In this document: positions 27,869-38,480 of the stretch, in pieces | Position numbering within the stretch: position 1 is the first letter of the stretch | Layout of the letters: each line of letters starts with the position of its first letter | Assembly: GCA_963796455.1 (NCBI GenBank) | Contig: CAWCLO010000010.1 | Span: 352,001 to 416,000 of the forward strand | Source of the DNA: Candidatus Sulfomarinibacteraceae bacterium | GTDB taxonomy: Bacteria > Acidobacteriota > Thermoanaerobaculia > Thermoanaerobaculales > Sulfomarinibacteraceae | Length of the DNA: 64,000 nt | Reading direction: 5' to 3' | The notes under the pieces: model-generated | Database searches by the model: none | Seen by the model: only the letters and a program-made list of their open reading frames with translations | Told to the model about the DNA's origin: nothing | Program-made: the position numbers and the translations under genes

Positions 27869-28921
27869 ATGACACGCGCCCTCACCATCAACCAAAGAAG
27901 GATCGACGACTCGACCGAGTGCTATGTGATCGCGGAAATCGGCCACAACCACCAGGGAGACCTCGGCAAGGCCCGGGATCTCATCAAGACCGCGGCCGAC
28001 TGCGGCGTCGACGCCGTCAAGTTCCAAAAAAGGGACAATCGCAGGCTATTCACCAAGGCCCAGTACGACAAACCCTATGAGAACGAAAACAGCTTTGGCG
28101 CAACCTATGGTGAACACCGCGATTTTCTCGAGTTTGGCGAATCAGAGTTCCTGGAACTCAAGGCTTTCGCAGAGGAGGTCGGCGTGGCCTTTTTTGCGAC
28201 CCCCTTCGAGCGCTGGAGTGCAGACTTCCTAGCGGAGCTCGGTGTCCCGGCATTCAAGATCGCGTCTGGTGATCTGAAAAACACACCCTTGCTCAAACAC
28301 GTCGCGGCCTTCGGCAAACCGATGATCGTCAGCACGGGAGGTGGGACCCTCGACGACGTTCGCCGCGCTGCAGAGACGATCCTTCCGATCAATACCCAGC
28401 TCGCCCTGCTCCAGTGCACCGCCACCTATCCAACAGAGCCCGAAGACCTTCACCTGCGGTGCATCGAAACCTTTCGCGAAGAATTCCCGCAACAGGTAAT
28501 CGGTCTGTCCGATCATTTCAACGGCATCGCGATGTCGATCGTTGCCTATGTGCTCGGCGGTCGAATCGTCGAGAAACACTTCACCCTCAACCATACGTGG
28601 CGGGGCACCGACCACGCCCTTTCGCTCGAACCGATCGGTATGCGCAAGATGGTTCGGGACCTTCAACGAGCCAGGGTCGCCCTCGGCAACAACACCAAGA
28701 CCACCCTCGAGATTGAAGAACCCGCCCTCGCGAAGATGGGAAAGAGCCTCTTCGCGGCGCGCCATCTCGATGCCGGGTCGGCGCTGACGGCCGAAGACAT
28801 CACCATCAAGTCTCCCGGCGGAGGGCTGCCGCCATTCGAATTCGACAGGGTCGTCGGACGCACGCTGCGCACTGCTATCGAAGAGGACCAGTCGATCGAG
28901 GTCGATCACTTCGAGCCGTGA
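27869..28921 (+). CDS. neuB: N-acetylneuraminate synthase family protein with C-terminal SAF/AFP-like domain
   Basis: 'IAEIGHNHQGD', 'VKFQ', 'KIASGD', 'GLSDH', 'EKHFTL'. Confidence 0.92.
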   Translation: MTRALTINQRRIDDSTECYVIAEIGHNHQGDLGKARDLIKTAADCGVDAVKFQKRDNRRLFTKAQYDKPYENENSFGATYGEHRDFLEFGESEFLELKAFAEEVGVAFFATPFERWSADFLAELGVPAFKIASGDLKNTPLLKHVAAFGKPMIVSTGGGTLDDVRRAAETILPINTQLALLQCTATYPTEPEDLHLRCIETFREEFPQQVIGLSDHFNGIAMSIVAYVLGGRIVEKHFTLNHTWRGTDHALSLEPIGMRKMVRDLQRARVALGNNTKTTLEIEEPALAKMGKSLFAARHLDAGSALTAEDITIKSPGGGLPPFEFDRVVGRTLRTAIEEDQSIEVDHFEP

Positions 28922-29020
28922 CACGACCGGCAGGCTTCGTTTCAACGAGTTCTCGCAGTTCCACTGTTGAATCGACAAACCACTGTCTTGCAACGACATT
29001 GTGAGCCCGCTAATGTGGAG

Positions 29021-29581
29021 ATGAAGATGCACACCGACGCGCCAACAAGCCAGCAACTCACAACGCCGACGACGTCACCCTTGGTGCTCGCGGCCCTGCG
29101 CGCCGTGCGATTGATAGCCTTCGATTTTGATGGCGTCTTTACCGACAACACGGTGGTGGTCGACGAAAACGGCGTCGAGTCGGTGCGGTGCTGGCGGGGG
29201 GATGGGATTGGATTATCCGCGTTGCGAAAGCTCGGGCTCGAGATGGTGGTGATCTCGACCGAGACCAACCCGGTGGTCAGCACGCGGTGCAAAAAACTGC
29301 AGATCGATTGCCACCAGGGATGTGAGGACAAGATCGGCACCCTCAAGGAGATCGCCAGAGCGACCGGTTGCCCGCTCGAGGAGGCGGCATTTGTCGGCAA
29401 CGACGTCAACGACTCCGCATGCCTCCAGGCGGTCGGTCTTGCGATCGTGGTTGCCGATTCGCACCCGGATGTTCTGCCGCTCGCCACCTATGTCACGCGC
29501 GAGAAGGGGGGCCGCGGGGCGGTCCGTGAAGTGTGCGATCTCATCCGGGCGTCGCGGGAGGGTCACGAAAATGACAGCTAA
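29021..29581 (+). CDS. kdsC: KdsC-family HAD phosphatase (KDO-8-P / KDN-9-P phosphatase-like)
   Basis: 'FDFDGVFTD', 'DGIG', 'GNDVND', 'GGRGAVREVCD'. Confidence 0.85.
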   Translation: MKMHTDAPTSQQLTTPTTSPLVLAALRAVRLIAFDFDGVFTDNTVVVDENGVESVRCWRGDGIGLSALRKLGLEMVVISTETNPVVSTRCKKLQIDCHQGCEDKIGTLKEIARATGCPLEEAAFVGNDVNDSACLQAVGLAIVVADSHPDVLPLATYVTREKGGRGAVREVCDLIRASREGHENDS

Positions 29582-30383
29582 CGAAAAGAAACCAATGTTC
29601 GATCTGCGAGGCCGGGTCGCGGTCGTTACGGGTGGGCTCGGCCAACTCGGCCGCGAGTTTTCAGGCGCACTCATCAGCCACGGCGCCAGGGTCGCCATCA
29701 TCGATACCGCCGAAGCTGTGGATCTGCCTACCGCCTGGGGGGAACGGGCGGCCGTGTTTGCCGCGGATGTCACTGACATCGATTCGCTCGCGGAAGCGAA
29801 CTCGGCCATCAGCGAAAGATGGGAGACTCCCCAGATCCTCGTCAACGCCGCCGCACTCGATTCGCCGCCCGATGCGCCACACGGAGAAAACGGCCCATTC
29901 GAGTCCTATCCCGGCGCATCCTTCGACCGGGTAATGGAGGTGAACGTCAAAGGAGTCGCGCTCTGTTGTCAGATCTTCGGTGGTGCGATGGCCGAGGCCG
30001 GTCGCGGTTCGGTGATCAACATCTCTTCCATCTACGGAGCGGTCTCTCCGGATCAGCGGATCTACGAATACCGGCGACGGGACGGTGAGGAGTTTTACAA
30101 ACCCGTGGCGTACTCGGCCTCCAAGAGCGCACTGATGAATCTCACTCGATATCTCGCCACCTATTGGGCACCCCGCAACGTCCGGGTGAACACCTTGACG
30201 ATGGGTGGTGTGTTCAATGGTCAGGATGCCGAATTCCTCGACGGTTATTGCGCCCGCGTCCCGCTCGGGAGGATGGCGGGCAGCGATGACTACAACGGTG
30301 CAATCGTCTTTCTTTCGTCCGACGCCTCAAGATATATGACCGGCTCGAATCTCGTGATCGACGGCGGATGGACAGCATGGTGA
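29571..30383 (+). CDS. Short-chain dehydrogenase/reductase
   Basis: 'TGGLGQLG', 'NISSIYG', 'YSASK', 'DGGWTAW'. Confidence 0.92.
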   Translation: MTANEKKPMFDLRGRVAVVTGGLGQLGREFSGALISHGARVAIIDTAEAVDLPTAWGERAAVFAADVTDIDSLAEANSAISERWETPQILVNAAALDSPPDAPHGENGPFESYPGASFDRVMEVNVKGVALCCQIFGGAMAEAGRGSVINISSIYGAVSPDQRIYEYRRRDGEEFYKPVAYSASKSALMNLTRYLATYWAPRNVRVNTLTMGGVFNGQDAEFLDGYCARVPLGRMAGSDDYNGAIVFLSSDASRYMTGSNLVIDGGWTAW

Positions 30384-31852
30384 CGCAATACCCCGTTCCG
30401 GAGGTCATTCCCAACCACATCGACGGCGCCGACTGCGCGGCGCTCGACAACGGGACCTTCGACAAGATCAACCCGCACGATGGCAGCCGTCTATGGCGGG
30501 GAGTTCGTTCGGGGAGCGCCGAGGTGAAGACCGCGGTCCTGGCAGCCGCACGATCCCAAGCTGCGTGGGCGGCGACCCCGGCGGTACAACGGGGAATGAT
30601 CCTCCATCGCCTGGTGCTGGCAATGCAGGCACACCGGGACGCGATCGCCGAAATCGTTGCCCGCGAGACCGGAAAGTCACCCAAGGAGGCCCGCGGCGAG
30701 ACCGATGCCGCCATCGCTCTCGGACTCTTTTATGCAAGCGAAGGGCAGCGTCTCTACGGCCGAACCACCACCAGCGGAACACCTCACAAAACCGCGATGA
30801 CGGTCCGCCGCCCGGTCGGGGTGGCCGGTCTCATCATCGCTGCCAACACGCCGGTCGCCAACGTCTGCTGGAAGATCTTTCCGGCCCTGGTTTGCGGCAA
30901 CGCCGCGATCCTGAAGGCCGCCGAGGACACTCCGGCAACGGCCTGGATCGTGGGTGCCCTCGCAAAGGAGAGTGGGATCCCAGCCGGAGTCCTCAATATC
31001 ATCCAGGGTCTCGGTGAAGAAGCCGGCGCAGCGCTCGTGGAGCATCCCGGCGTCGATCTCATCAGCTTTACGGGCTCGACCGCTGTCGGGAGAATCATCC
31101 AGCAGGTGGCGGGTCAGCGTCTGGCCCGCGTCTCGCTGGAACTGGGTGGAAAAAATCCCCTGGTCGTGTGCGACGATGCCGACTTGGACAAAGCGGTCCA
31201 CTGGGCCGCTTTGTCGGCGTTCAGCAACGCAGGCCAACGATGCGCTTCGGGCAGCCGACTGTTGGTCTTTGATGCCGTCTATGACGAATTTCGTGATCGA
31301 CTCGTGCAGCATACGCAGACCTTGAGTCTGGGACCGACCGATGAAGATGATCTGGGGCCGGTAATCAACCAACGCCAACTCGACCAGATGATCGGCCATG
31401 TTGAACGGGCACGCGCGGATGGTGCGGCGGTGCTCACGGGAGGCGGACGGATGTCCGACGCCGAACATTCGATGGGATACTACATGGCGCCCACGATCCT
31501 AGAGAATGTAGCTCCCGACGCCGAGATCTCCTGCGTCGAACTCTTCGGACCGGTTACTGCTCTCTATCGGGTCTCCGACTTCAACCACGCCGTTGCCGCT
31601 GCAAACGATTCGCCCTACGGTCTGACCGCGAGCATCCACACCAAGTCCATCGATCGCGCCCAGATTTTTTGCGAGCGCGTGCGAAGCGGAGTCGTGGTGG
31701 TCAACGCCGGCACCTACGGCAGCGAGCCACACATGCCCTTTGGGGGCTTGCGGCAATCGGGCAGCGGGTGGAGGGAACCGGGCACCGAGGCGATCGAGGT
31801 CTACACCGAACTCCAGGATATCTATTTCTGCGCCGACCCGGATCGAATCTGA
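30377..31852 (+). CDS. Aldehyde dehydrogenase family protein
   Basis: 'FTGSTAVG', 'LELGGKNP', 'NAGQRC', 'ELFGPV', 'PFGG'. Confidence 0.95.
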   Translation: MVTQYPVPEVIPNHIDGADCAALDNGTFDKINPHDGSRLWRGVRSGSAEVKTAVLAAARSQAAWAATPAVQRGMILHRLVLAMQAHRDAIAEIVARETGKSPKEARGETDAAIALGLFYASEGQRLYGRTTTSGTPHKTAMTVRRPVGVAGLIIAANTPVANVCWKIFPALVCGNAAILKAAEDTPATAWIVGALAKESGIPAGVLNIIQGLGEEAGAALVEHPGVDLISFTGSTAVGRIIQQVAGQRLARVSLELGGKNPLVVCDDADLDKAVHWAALSAFSNAGQRCASGSRLLVFDAVYDEFRDRLVQHTQTLSLGPTDEDDLGPVINQRQLDQMIGHVERARADGAAVLTGGGRMSDAEHSMGYYMAPTILENVAPDAEISCVELFGPVTALYRVSDFNHAVAAANDSPYGLTASIHTKSIDRAQIFCERVRSGVVVVNAGTYGSEPHMPFGGLRQSGSGWREPGTEAIEVYTELQDIYFCADPDRI

Positions 31853-31863
31853 GGACCGAGAAC

Positions 31864-32628
31864 ATGGCTCCCACACATCCATCGATCATCGCGTTGATAC
31901 CCGCCCGTTCAGGGTCGAAAAGAGTACCCGACAAAAATATCCGCAGGCTCGGGGAACACCCTCTGCTGGCCTACTCGATCGCAGCGGCGCGGGCGAGCGG
32001 CGTCTTCTCGCGAATCGTGGTCTCTACCGACTCACCGGAATACGCCGAGATCGCAGTTCATTACGGTGCTGAGGTTCCGTTTCTCAGATCTGCGGAGATC
32101 GCCGGCGACACCTCGCCGGATATCGAATGGGTCCGCGATCTCTTGCAGCACCTGTCAGACGGCGGAGAGGCCTTCGATTGCTTCAGCATTCTCAGGCCGA
32201 CAAGCCCGTTTCGCACCGACGACACGATTTCGAGGGCGTGGTCTGAATTCCGCGCCGAAATCGGTATCGACAGCCTTCGCGCCATCGAGAAATGCAGCCA
32301 ACACCCTGGCAAGATGTGGGTCGTCCGGAACCGCCGAATGACGCCATTGCTTCCTATGGGACCCGAAGATCAGCCCTGGCACAGCAGCCAGTACCCCACC
32401 CTTCCCGAGGTCTGGGTCCAGAATGCAAGCCTCGAGATCGCCTGGACCCGTGTCGTCTTCGACACCGGAACCATCGCAGGTGCGACTTTCCTCCCCTTTG
32501 TGACCCGGGACATGGAGGGCTTCGATGTCAACAACGAAGACGACTGGCTGCTGGCCGAGGCGCGGATTCGCCAGGACCAGTCGATCCTCCCAGCGGTCGA
32601 CCGACCGCCATTTGAAAGGCAGAGCTGA
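31864..32628 (+). CDS. neuA: Acylneuraminate (CMP-ulosonate) cytidylyltransferase
   Basis: 'IPARSGSKRVPDKN', 'VSTDS', 'LRPTSPFR'. Confidence 0.92.
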   Translation: MAPTHPSIIALIPARSGSKRVPDKNIRRLGEHPLLAYSIAAARASGVFSRIVVSTDSPEYAEIAVHYGAEVPFLRSAEIAGDTSPDIEWVRDLLQHLSDGGEAFDCFSILRPTSPFRTDDTISRAWSEFRAEIGIDSLRAIEKCSQHPGKMWVVRNRRMTPLLPMGPEDQPWHSSQYPTLPEVWVQNASLEIAWTRVVFDTGTIAGATFLPFVTRDMEGFDVNNEDDWLLAEARIRQDQSILPAVDRPPFERQS

Positions 32629-32636
32629 AAACAAAT

Positions 32637-34614
32637 ATGACACCGCAGATCATTCCACACGACGAGATCGTTCGCGCCCGTGAAGCATCACAGGACCACC
32701 CCGCACTGCAACTGGAGATCCTTGCCGACATCTGTCGGGCCAACGCGTTGGCGGCGATCAAAATGGCGGGTTCGGGTCACATGGGCTCCAGCCTGAGTGC
32801 GCTCGATATCGTCATCATTCTCCACTACCGGATCATGAACACCATCGCTCTCGGTCACGAGGACCCGGACCGTGACGTGTTCTTTTCCTCCAAGGGACAC
32901 GATGTTCCCGGTCTCTATTCGGTTCTCCACTCGGCGGGCGTCATCCCGGACGACCTGTTGTGCAAACTACGCCGACACGGAGGCCTCGACGGCCACCCCG
33001 ACATCAAGACATTCGGCATCGAGGCCAACTCGGGCTCCCTCGGGATGGGCATTTCCAAGGCCAAGGGCATCGCGTGGGCCAAGAGCCATCTGGGCCGGGG
33101 TGGCGAGGTCTTTGTCCTGACCGGCGACGGCGAACTGCAAGAAGGACAGAACTACGAGGCCTTGCAGTCCGCCGCCCATCTCGGCGTCGGCAATCTCAAC
33201 GTGATCGTCGATCACAACAAGGTCCAGTCCGACAAAGCGGTGGACGAAATCATCGATCTCGGACGACTCGAGGAAAAGCTCGAGGCCTTTGGCTGGCGTG
33301 TCGCACGATGCGACGGCCACGATTTCCGGGCTCTGGGCGAGGTGTTCGCGGCGTTTCGCGGCGACACCAAGCGCCCGAAGATACTCATCGCCGACACGAT
33401 TAAGGGCCGCGGCGTGTCCTTTATGGAACACCCTCAAGCACTTCGAGAATCAGGCGGCGTGTATGCATGGCACTCCGGTGCCCCCGACGACTCGGCCTAT
33501 GCGTCAGCCTGGGACGAGGTAATCGAACGCCTCAACCGGCGTCTTGCCGAGGCCGGAACAGACCCGATCTCGCCCACCGGGAACGGCTCGGCATCGTCCG
33601 GAGACGGCCCGGTTGGAACCCAGATCGCGGTCGGTGAACCACCGAGGAGGGGCACTCCAGCCCAAGCCAAGGATCTGCGCCGGGTGAACGGTCGCCGAAG
33701 CATTTGGCGCCGAACTGCGACCATCGCCGCGAGGCGGCCCGATGTGGTGGTCCTCGATGGTGATCTCGCCGCCGACTGTCAGGTGCGCGAGTTCGAACAA
33801 CTTCTGCCCGAGCGGTTTATCGAAAACGGAATCGCCGAACAGGACATGGTTTCCACCGCAGGCGGTCTCGCACGGCACGGATTGCTTCCGGTGGTGAATT
33901 CCTTTGCCAGTTTCCTCGTCTCGCGTGCCAACGAGCAGATCTACAACAACGCGACCGAAGAAGTCGAAGATCATCTATGCCGTCATTTTGCCGGGCTGAC
34001 ACCGGCGGCGCCGGGCAAGTCGCACCAGAGCGTCCGCGACATCTCCCTCCTCGGTGCGATCCCAACCTCGTCGTGGTGCAACCGAGCACACCGGATCAGA
34101 GCCGGGCCCTTCTGAAATATTGCGTCGACGACGCCCAGCAAGCTGCGCCATTCGATTCACATCGGACCTCCGCCGGCCCGATCGAGCACCCCGGCGGCGA
34201 TCAGATCTCTTTCGGTTGCGGCACCCGACTCACTGACGGTTCTGATGCCCTGCTTTTTGCCTACGGACCGACGATGATCTACTCCAGGCGTCTTGCTGCG
34301 GCCGAAATCCTCGCCCATCGGGGCATCGCCCTCGGAGTCATCGACCTCCCATGGCTTAACAGGGTCGATGAGAGGTGGCTTCAAGAGACCGTCGGTCAGA
34401 TACCGCTGGTTTCGGTGGTCGAGGACCATTCGCCAGTCGGCGGTCTCGGAGACCATGTCCTTCGTATACTCGCCTCAACCGAATGGATGCGCATCGGGCG
34501 CTTCGAGGTCTTCGGTGTCGATGACTATCCGGTGTTTGGCACACCGGCCGAAGCCCTCGCCGCGCATCGTCTCGACGCACGCCGCTCTCCGCCCGCATCG
34601 AGAAACGCCTGTGA
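32637..34614 (+). pseudogene. Transketolase-like ThDP enzyme (fused N and C domains), several frameshifts as assembled
   Basis: 'GHMGSSLS', 'SKGH', 'GSLGMG', 'GDGELQEG', 'GIAEQDMV'. C-terminal part 'VVEDHSPVGGLG' in another frame. Frameshifts may be artefacts. Confidence 0.8.
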
Positions 34615-36292
34615 TCGGGTCCGCCCTCTTCGAGAGGATCCGCCGGCGCTTTTCCGATCCCCGAGTACCCCCAATGGGGCCCCATCCTCAAACGTGAAAA
34701 CCACCGGTGGCAGACGCGGTCCAAGCGGCCGCCCACGGACCCCGCGTATTGATCGCCACGAGTTTGGCGCGACAACTTCCATGTACCCACCTCGAAACAA
34801 CGTTGGCGGTGGCGTTGACCCTTCGGGGCGCGCGCGTCCACACCCTGCTCTGCGATCGCTTTCTTCCCGCCTGTCAGCAGGCCGAAATCGGCCTCTTCCA
34901 GGATCTTCGCTCCTTCACCGAAGACGGTCCTCAGAAAACCTCTGCGCGAGCGTCGTCACGACCCGTCGGTCGAGGTATTTCGGAGCCTCGGGCTGCCCCT
35001 GCACACCTACAGTGAACTCGTCACCCCCGAAGAATCGGCCCAGGCTCGTCAAATCGCCACCGAGGTGCCCTACGCCGAAATCAGGTCACTGCGTCGCGAC
35101 GGCCTGGCAGTCGGTGAACACGCGCTTGCTGGAGCGTTGCGGTTTTTCGCCCGTGGAGACATCAGCGGCGTGGAGGGCGCTGAAGCGGTGGTCAGACGAT
35201 ACCTCGAGGCTGCACTTCTGACCGTCGACGCCCTTCGCCGCCTGCTGCGCGATCAAAAAATCGAAGCCGCCTGCTTCAACCATGGCATCTATGTGCCGCA
35301 GGGCCTCATCGGCGAGGTGGCACGTTCAGAGGGCGTTCGCGTCATCAACTGGAACCCCGCATATCGCAAGGGGTGTTTCATTTTCAGCCACGGTGACACC
35401 TATCACCACACGTTGCTGGCCGAACCCGTCGAGGCGTGGGAGGACATTCCCTGGACGGATGCGATGGAGCACGAGGCGCTTGAATACCTCGACAGCCGGA
35501 GGACCGGTGACCAGGACTGGATCTGGTTCCACGAGGACCCCGAGGAGCGTCTCGACGCCATCCAGCGGACCCTCGATCTAGATCTCTCACGACGACGATC
35601 GGTCTTCTGACCAACGTCATTTGGGACGCTCAGTTGCACTACCGCGCCAACGCCTTCGAGTCGATGATGGATTGGGTCCTCGAATCGATCCGTTACTTCG
35701 CTCAATGACCGGATCTGCAGTTGGTGATCAGGGTCCATCCGGCCGAAGATTCGAGGAACAGTGCCGTCCCGGCAGCGCGTCGTCGATGAGATCGACCGTC
35801 TCTACGGACCGGTTCCGAAAAACTCACGGTCATCCCACCGGAAAGCAAGGTCAGTACCTATGCCGGTGACGGACCACTGCAGCACGGTCTTGATCTACGG
35901 CACCAAAACCGGTGTCGAGCTCAGCGCCCAGGGAACCCCGGTGATCGTCGGGGGCGAAGCGTGGATCCGCAACAAGGGCTTGACCATGGACGCCTCGAGC
36001 CCCAACGATACCGCACCCTTCTCGATCGACTGCGGCTCCCGGGCGGGCTGACGAGGAAACGACGACACCAGCGCGAAAAAACGCCGTACCACTCTTTCTC
36101 CGACCGATGATCCTGGTCCGGGCCATGCGACCCACCGGCGCGTGGCCGCCCTACCGTCTCGATCTGAGCTCGTTGGCGAGCTTGGCGAAGGATCCGATCA
36201 AGGACTCGACGTCATCTGCGACGGAATCCTCCGGGAATTACCCTTTTTGTACCCAAGCGAAGAAGAGAGGTCCTGAGTTCGGGCCGGTATGA
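34611..36292 (+). pseudogene. Capsule-polysaccharide-biosynthesis (KpsC/KpsS-like) protein, fragmented by multiple frameshifts and one stop
   Basis: Consecutive fragments in shifting frames: 'ALTLRGARVHTLLCD', 'NHGIYVPQG', 'TNVIWDAQLHY', 'LVIRVHPAE', 'YGTKTGVEL..G.PVIV'. End approximate. Confidence 0.6.
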
Positions 36293-36296
36293 CCAC

Positions 36297-37472
36297 TCAC
36301 CGGGCCTGGAGGCAACTCATCAGGATTTCGACATCCGGTTCCGACAGTTCCGGATAACATCCGCAATAAAAACCGGCCTCGTGAATCATGTCGGTGCCCG
36401 GCAGTTCGAATTTCTCCTCCACATACTTCGGGTAAAAGGGTTGATTCTGGATATTCCCCGCGATCATCGGCCGGATCTCGACCCCGGCACCCGCAAACTG
36501 GGCGAGGTATTTTTCCCGATCTTCGGCCCGCTTGCAAAGGACCGGAAAAGCAAAGGCGGAGATCGTTTCAAGATGGCTGTGCTCGAGGGGCACGAAATCC
36601 GGGTTTTCCAACAAAACGGCCTCGAGGCGGAAAAAAGTCTCCTGTCGCATCCGGATGTTTTCGGGAAGGTATTTGAGCTGTTCGAGACCGATAAAACCAG
36701 TGATCTCGGTCGGTCGGAAGTTGAAACCCAGATCATAAAAGGTGTATTTGGCGTCGAATTCACTCCCGATGCTGTGGTTCTTCCTCCACTTGCGCTGCTC
36801 CGAGGCTCTGAGGTTGCGATCCCACCCGTTCGCTCGAACGATTCTCAGCATCTCGGCGAGTTCGCCATCGTCGGTACAGACCATCCCACCCTCGATGGTC
36901 GACATTTGGTGGGCCACAAAAAACGAAAAGGTCGACGCGATTGAGAAGTTTCCGGCCCGGCCGGTCTTCAATTCGGTCCCCAACGCCTCGCAATTGTCTT
37001 CCAGGACGATGATGTCTTTTTGCCGGCACATTTCCTGGATGACATCCAGATCACCGGTCAAACCCAGTGCATTCGTGATGAAGAGGCACCGCAGATCAGT
37101 CGATGCGATTCGTTCTTCGAGTGTTCCGGAGGTCACATTGAGGTGCGTCGTGCTGCAGTCGACCGGCACCGGGACCATTCCCATTTGAATAATCGGCATC
37201 ACGTTGGTCGACCACGTGAGCGCCGAGAACCCGACCCTGTCGCCATCCTTCAGAATCCCCATGTTCTTGAGCGATTGCAGGAGGGCCAGATTCGCGCTCC
37301 CGCCGCTGTTGAACAACACGGGATATCGCCGCCCCTGGACTTCAGAAAAGGCCCGCTCGAATTCCAGGCATTTGACGTCCATACTCAGCCGTCCTGCCGT
37401 CACGATAAATTCTGCGAGCGCACGTTTTGTCGCGTGCTCGTGAAGGAATGCGCTCTTCATCAAGGGGATCAT
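36297..37472 (-). CDS. DegT/DnrJ-fold PLP enzyme, ColD-like GDP-4-keto-6-deoxymannose 3-dehydratase
   Basis: 'NSGGSANL', 'EDNCE', 'FSFFVAHQMSTIEGG' with His at the usual Schiff-base Lys position. Confidence 0.8.
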   Translation of the reverse strand: MIPLMKSAFLHEHATKRALAEFIVTAGRLSMDVKCLEFERAFSEVQGRRYPVLFNSGGSANLALLQSLKNMGILKDGDRVGFSALTWSTNVMPIIQMGMVPVPVDCSTTHLNVTSGTLEERIASTDLRCLFITNALGLTGDLDVIQEMCRQKDIIVLEDNCEALGTELKTGRAGNFSIASTFSFFVAHQMSTIEGGMVCTDDGELAEMLRIVRANGWDRNLRASEQRKWRKNHSIGSEFDAKYTFYDLGFNFRPTEITGFIGLEQLKYLPENIRMRQETFFRLEAVLLENPDFVPLEHSHLETISAFAFPVLCKRAEDREKYLAQFAGAGVEIRPMIAGNIQNQPFYPKYVEEKFELPGTDMIHEAGFYCGCYPELSEPDVEILMSCLQAR

Positions 37473-37502
37473 TGTTCTATCTCTTCTGCCACGATTGGGC
37501 GG

Positions 37503-38439
37503 TTAGTCGGCACTTTTTAATGCGCGATAGTCTGCGATCATGTTTTCGATTCCGGTCTCGAGCGGGATCATCGGTTCGAAACCGAGGGCCTCGATGCGGG
37601 AAACATCGAGACACTTTCGCGGCATGCCATCCGGTTTGGACGAGTCCCAGGTGATGTTGCCCGAATGCCCGACTTTGTGTGCGATGAGGGCTGCCAGCTC
37701 CTTGATCGAGATGTCCTTGCCGGCACCGACGTTGAGGATTTCGGGGGAATCCCACACCTCCATCAGAAAAAGAACTGCCCGTGCGAGATCATCGACGTGA
37801 AGGAATTCCCTGCGCGCCGACCCCGTCCCCCACAGTGAAACCTCCCCACCGCCGTCATCAGTTGCATCCACGAATTTCCGAACCAGCGCGCCGAGGACGT
37901 GGGAGTGGAGCGGATCAAAGCTGTCGTTTGGACCATAGAGATTGCACGGCATCGGACAAATGCAGTTCATGCCGTGCTGCTCGTGGTAGTACTGGGCCAT
38001 TCTGAGACCCGCAACCTTGGCCAGCGCATAGGCTTCGTTGGTGGGTTCCAACGGCCCAGTCAGGAGGTACTCCTCCTTCATAGGTTGTGGACAATCGCGC
38101 GGATAGACACAGGAGCTGCCAAGAAAAAGCAGTTTTTCCACGCCGCTCAGATGCGCCTGGTGGATCACGTTGGTCTGAATCATCAGATTGTCATAGATGA
38201 AGTCGGCTGGAAACTGACGATTGGCCTGAATCCCACCCACCTTCGCCGCCGCTAAGAATGACGTGGCTCGGGTGTTCTGCCTCGAAGAAGCGCCGGACCG
38301 CTGCCGGATCTCGAAGATCGGCATCCTCCCTGGTGGCGGTGACAATTCCGTCGAAGGAGTGTTCGCTCAGTGCCCGCGTGATGGCCGAACCAACCATGCC
38401 GGCGTGGCCCGCAACAAAAATTCGATCATCTTTCTTCAA
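37503..38439 (-). CDS. fcl: GDP-L-fucose/colitose synthase (epimerase-reductase); one frameshift near 38255
   Basis: 'FVAGHAGMVGSA' in ORF 38191..38736 joins 'AAAKVGGI...GSSCVYP...YALAK...KPDGMPRK' in ORF 37503..38345. Confidence 0.9.
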
Positions 38440-38480
38440 TATTCCACCCAGAAATCGGCATCCCCACATTTTACCTTTTT

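Noticed and set aside
35706..35708. Selenocysteine UGA in the capsule gene
   Set aside because: Context RYFAQ*PDLQ is not a redox motif, fits a CGA-to-TGA change, and lies in an error-rich patch.
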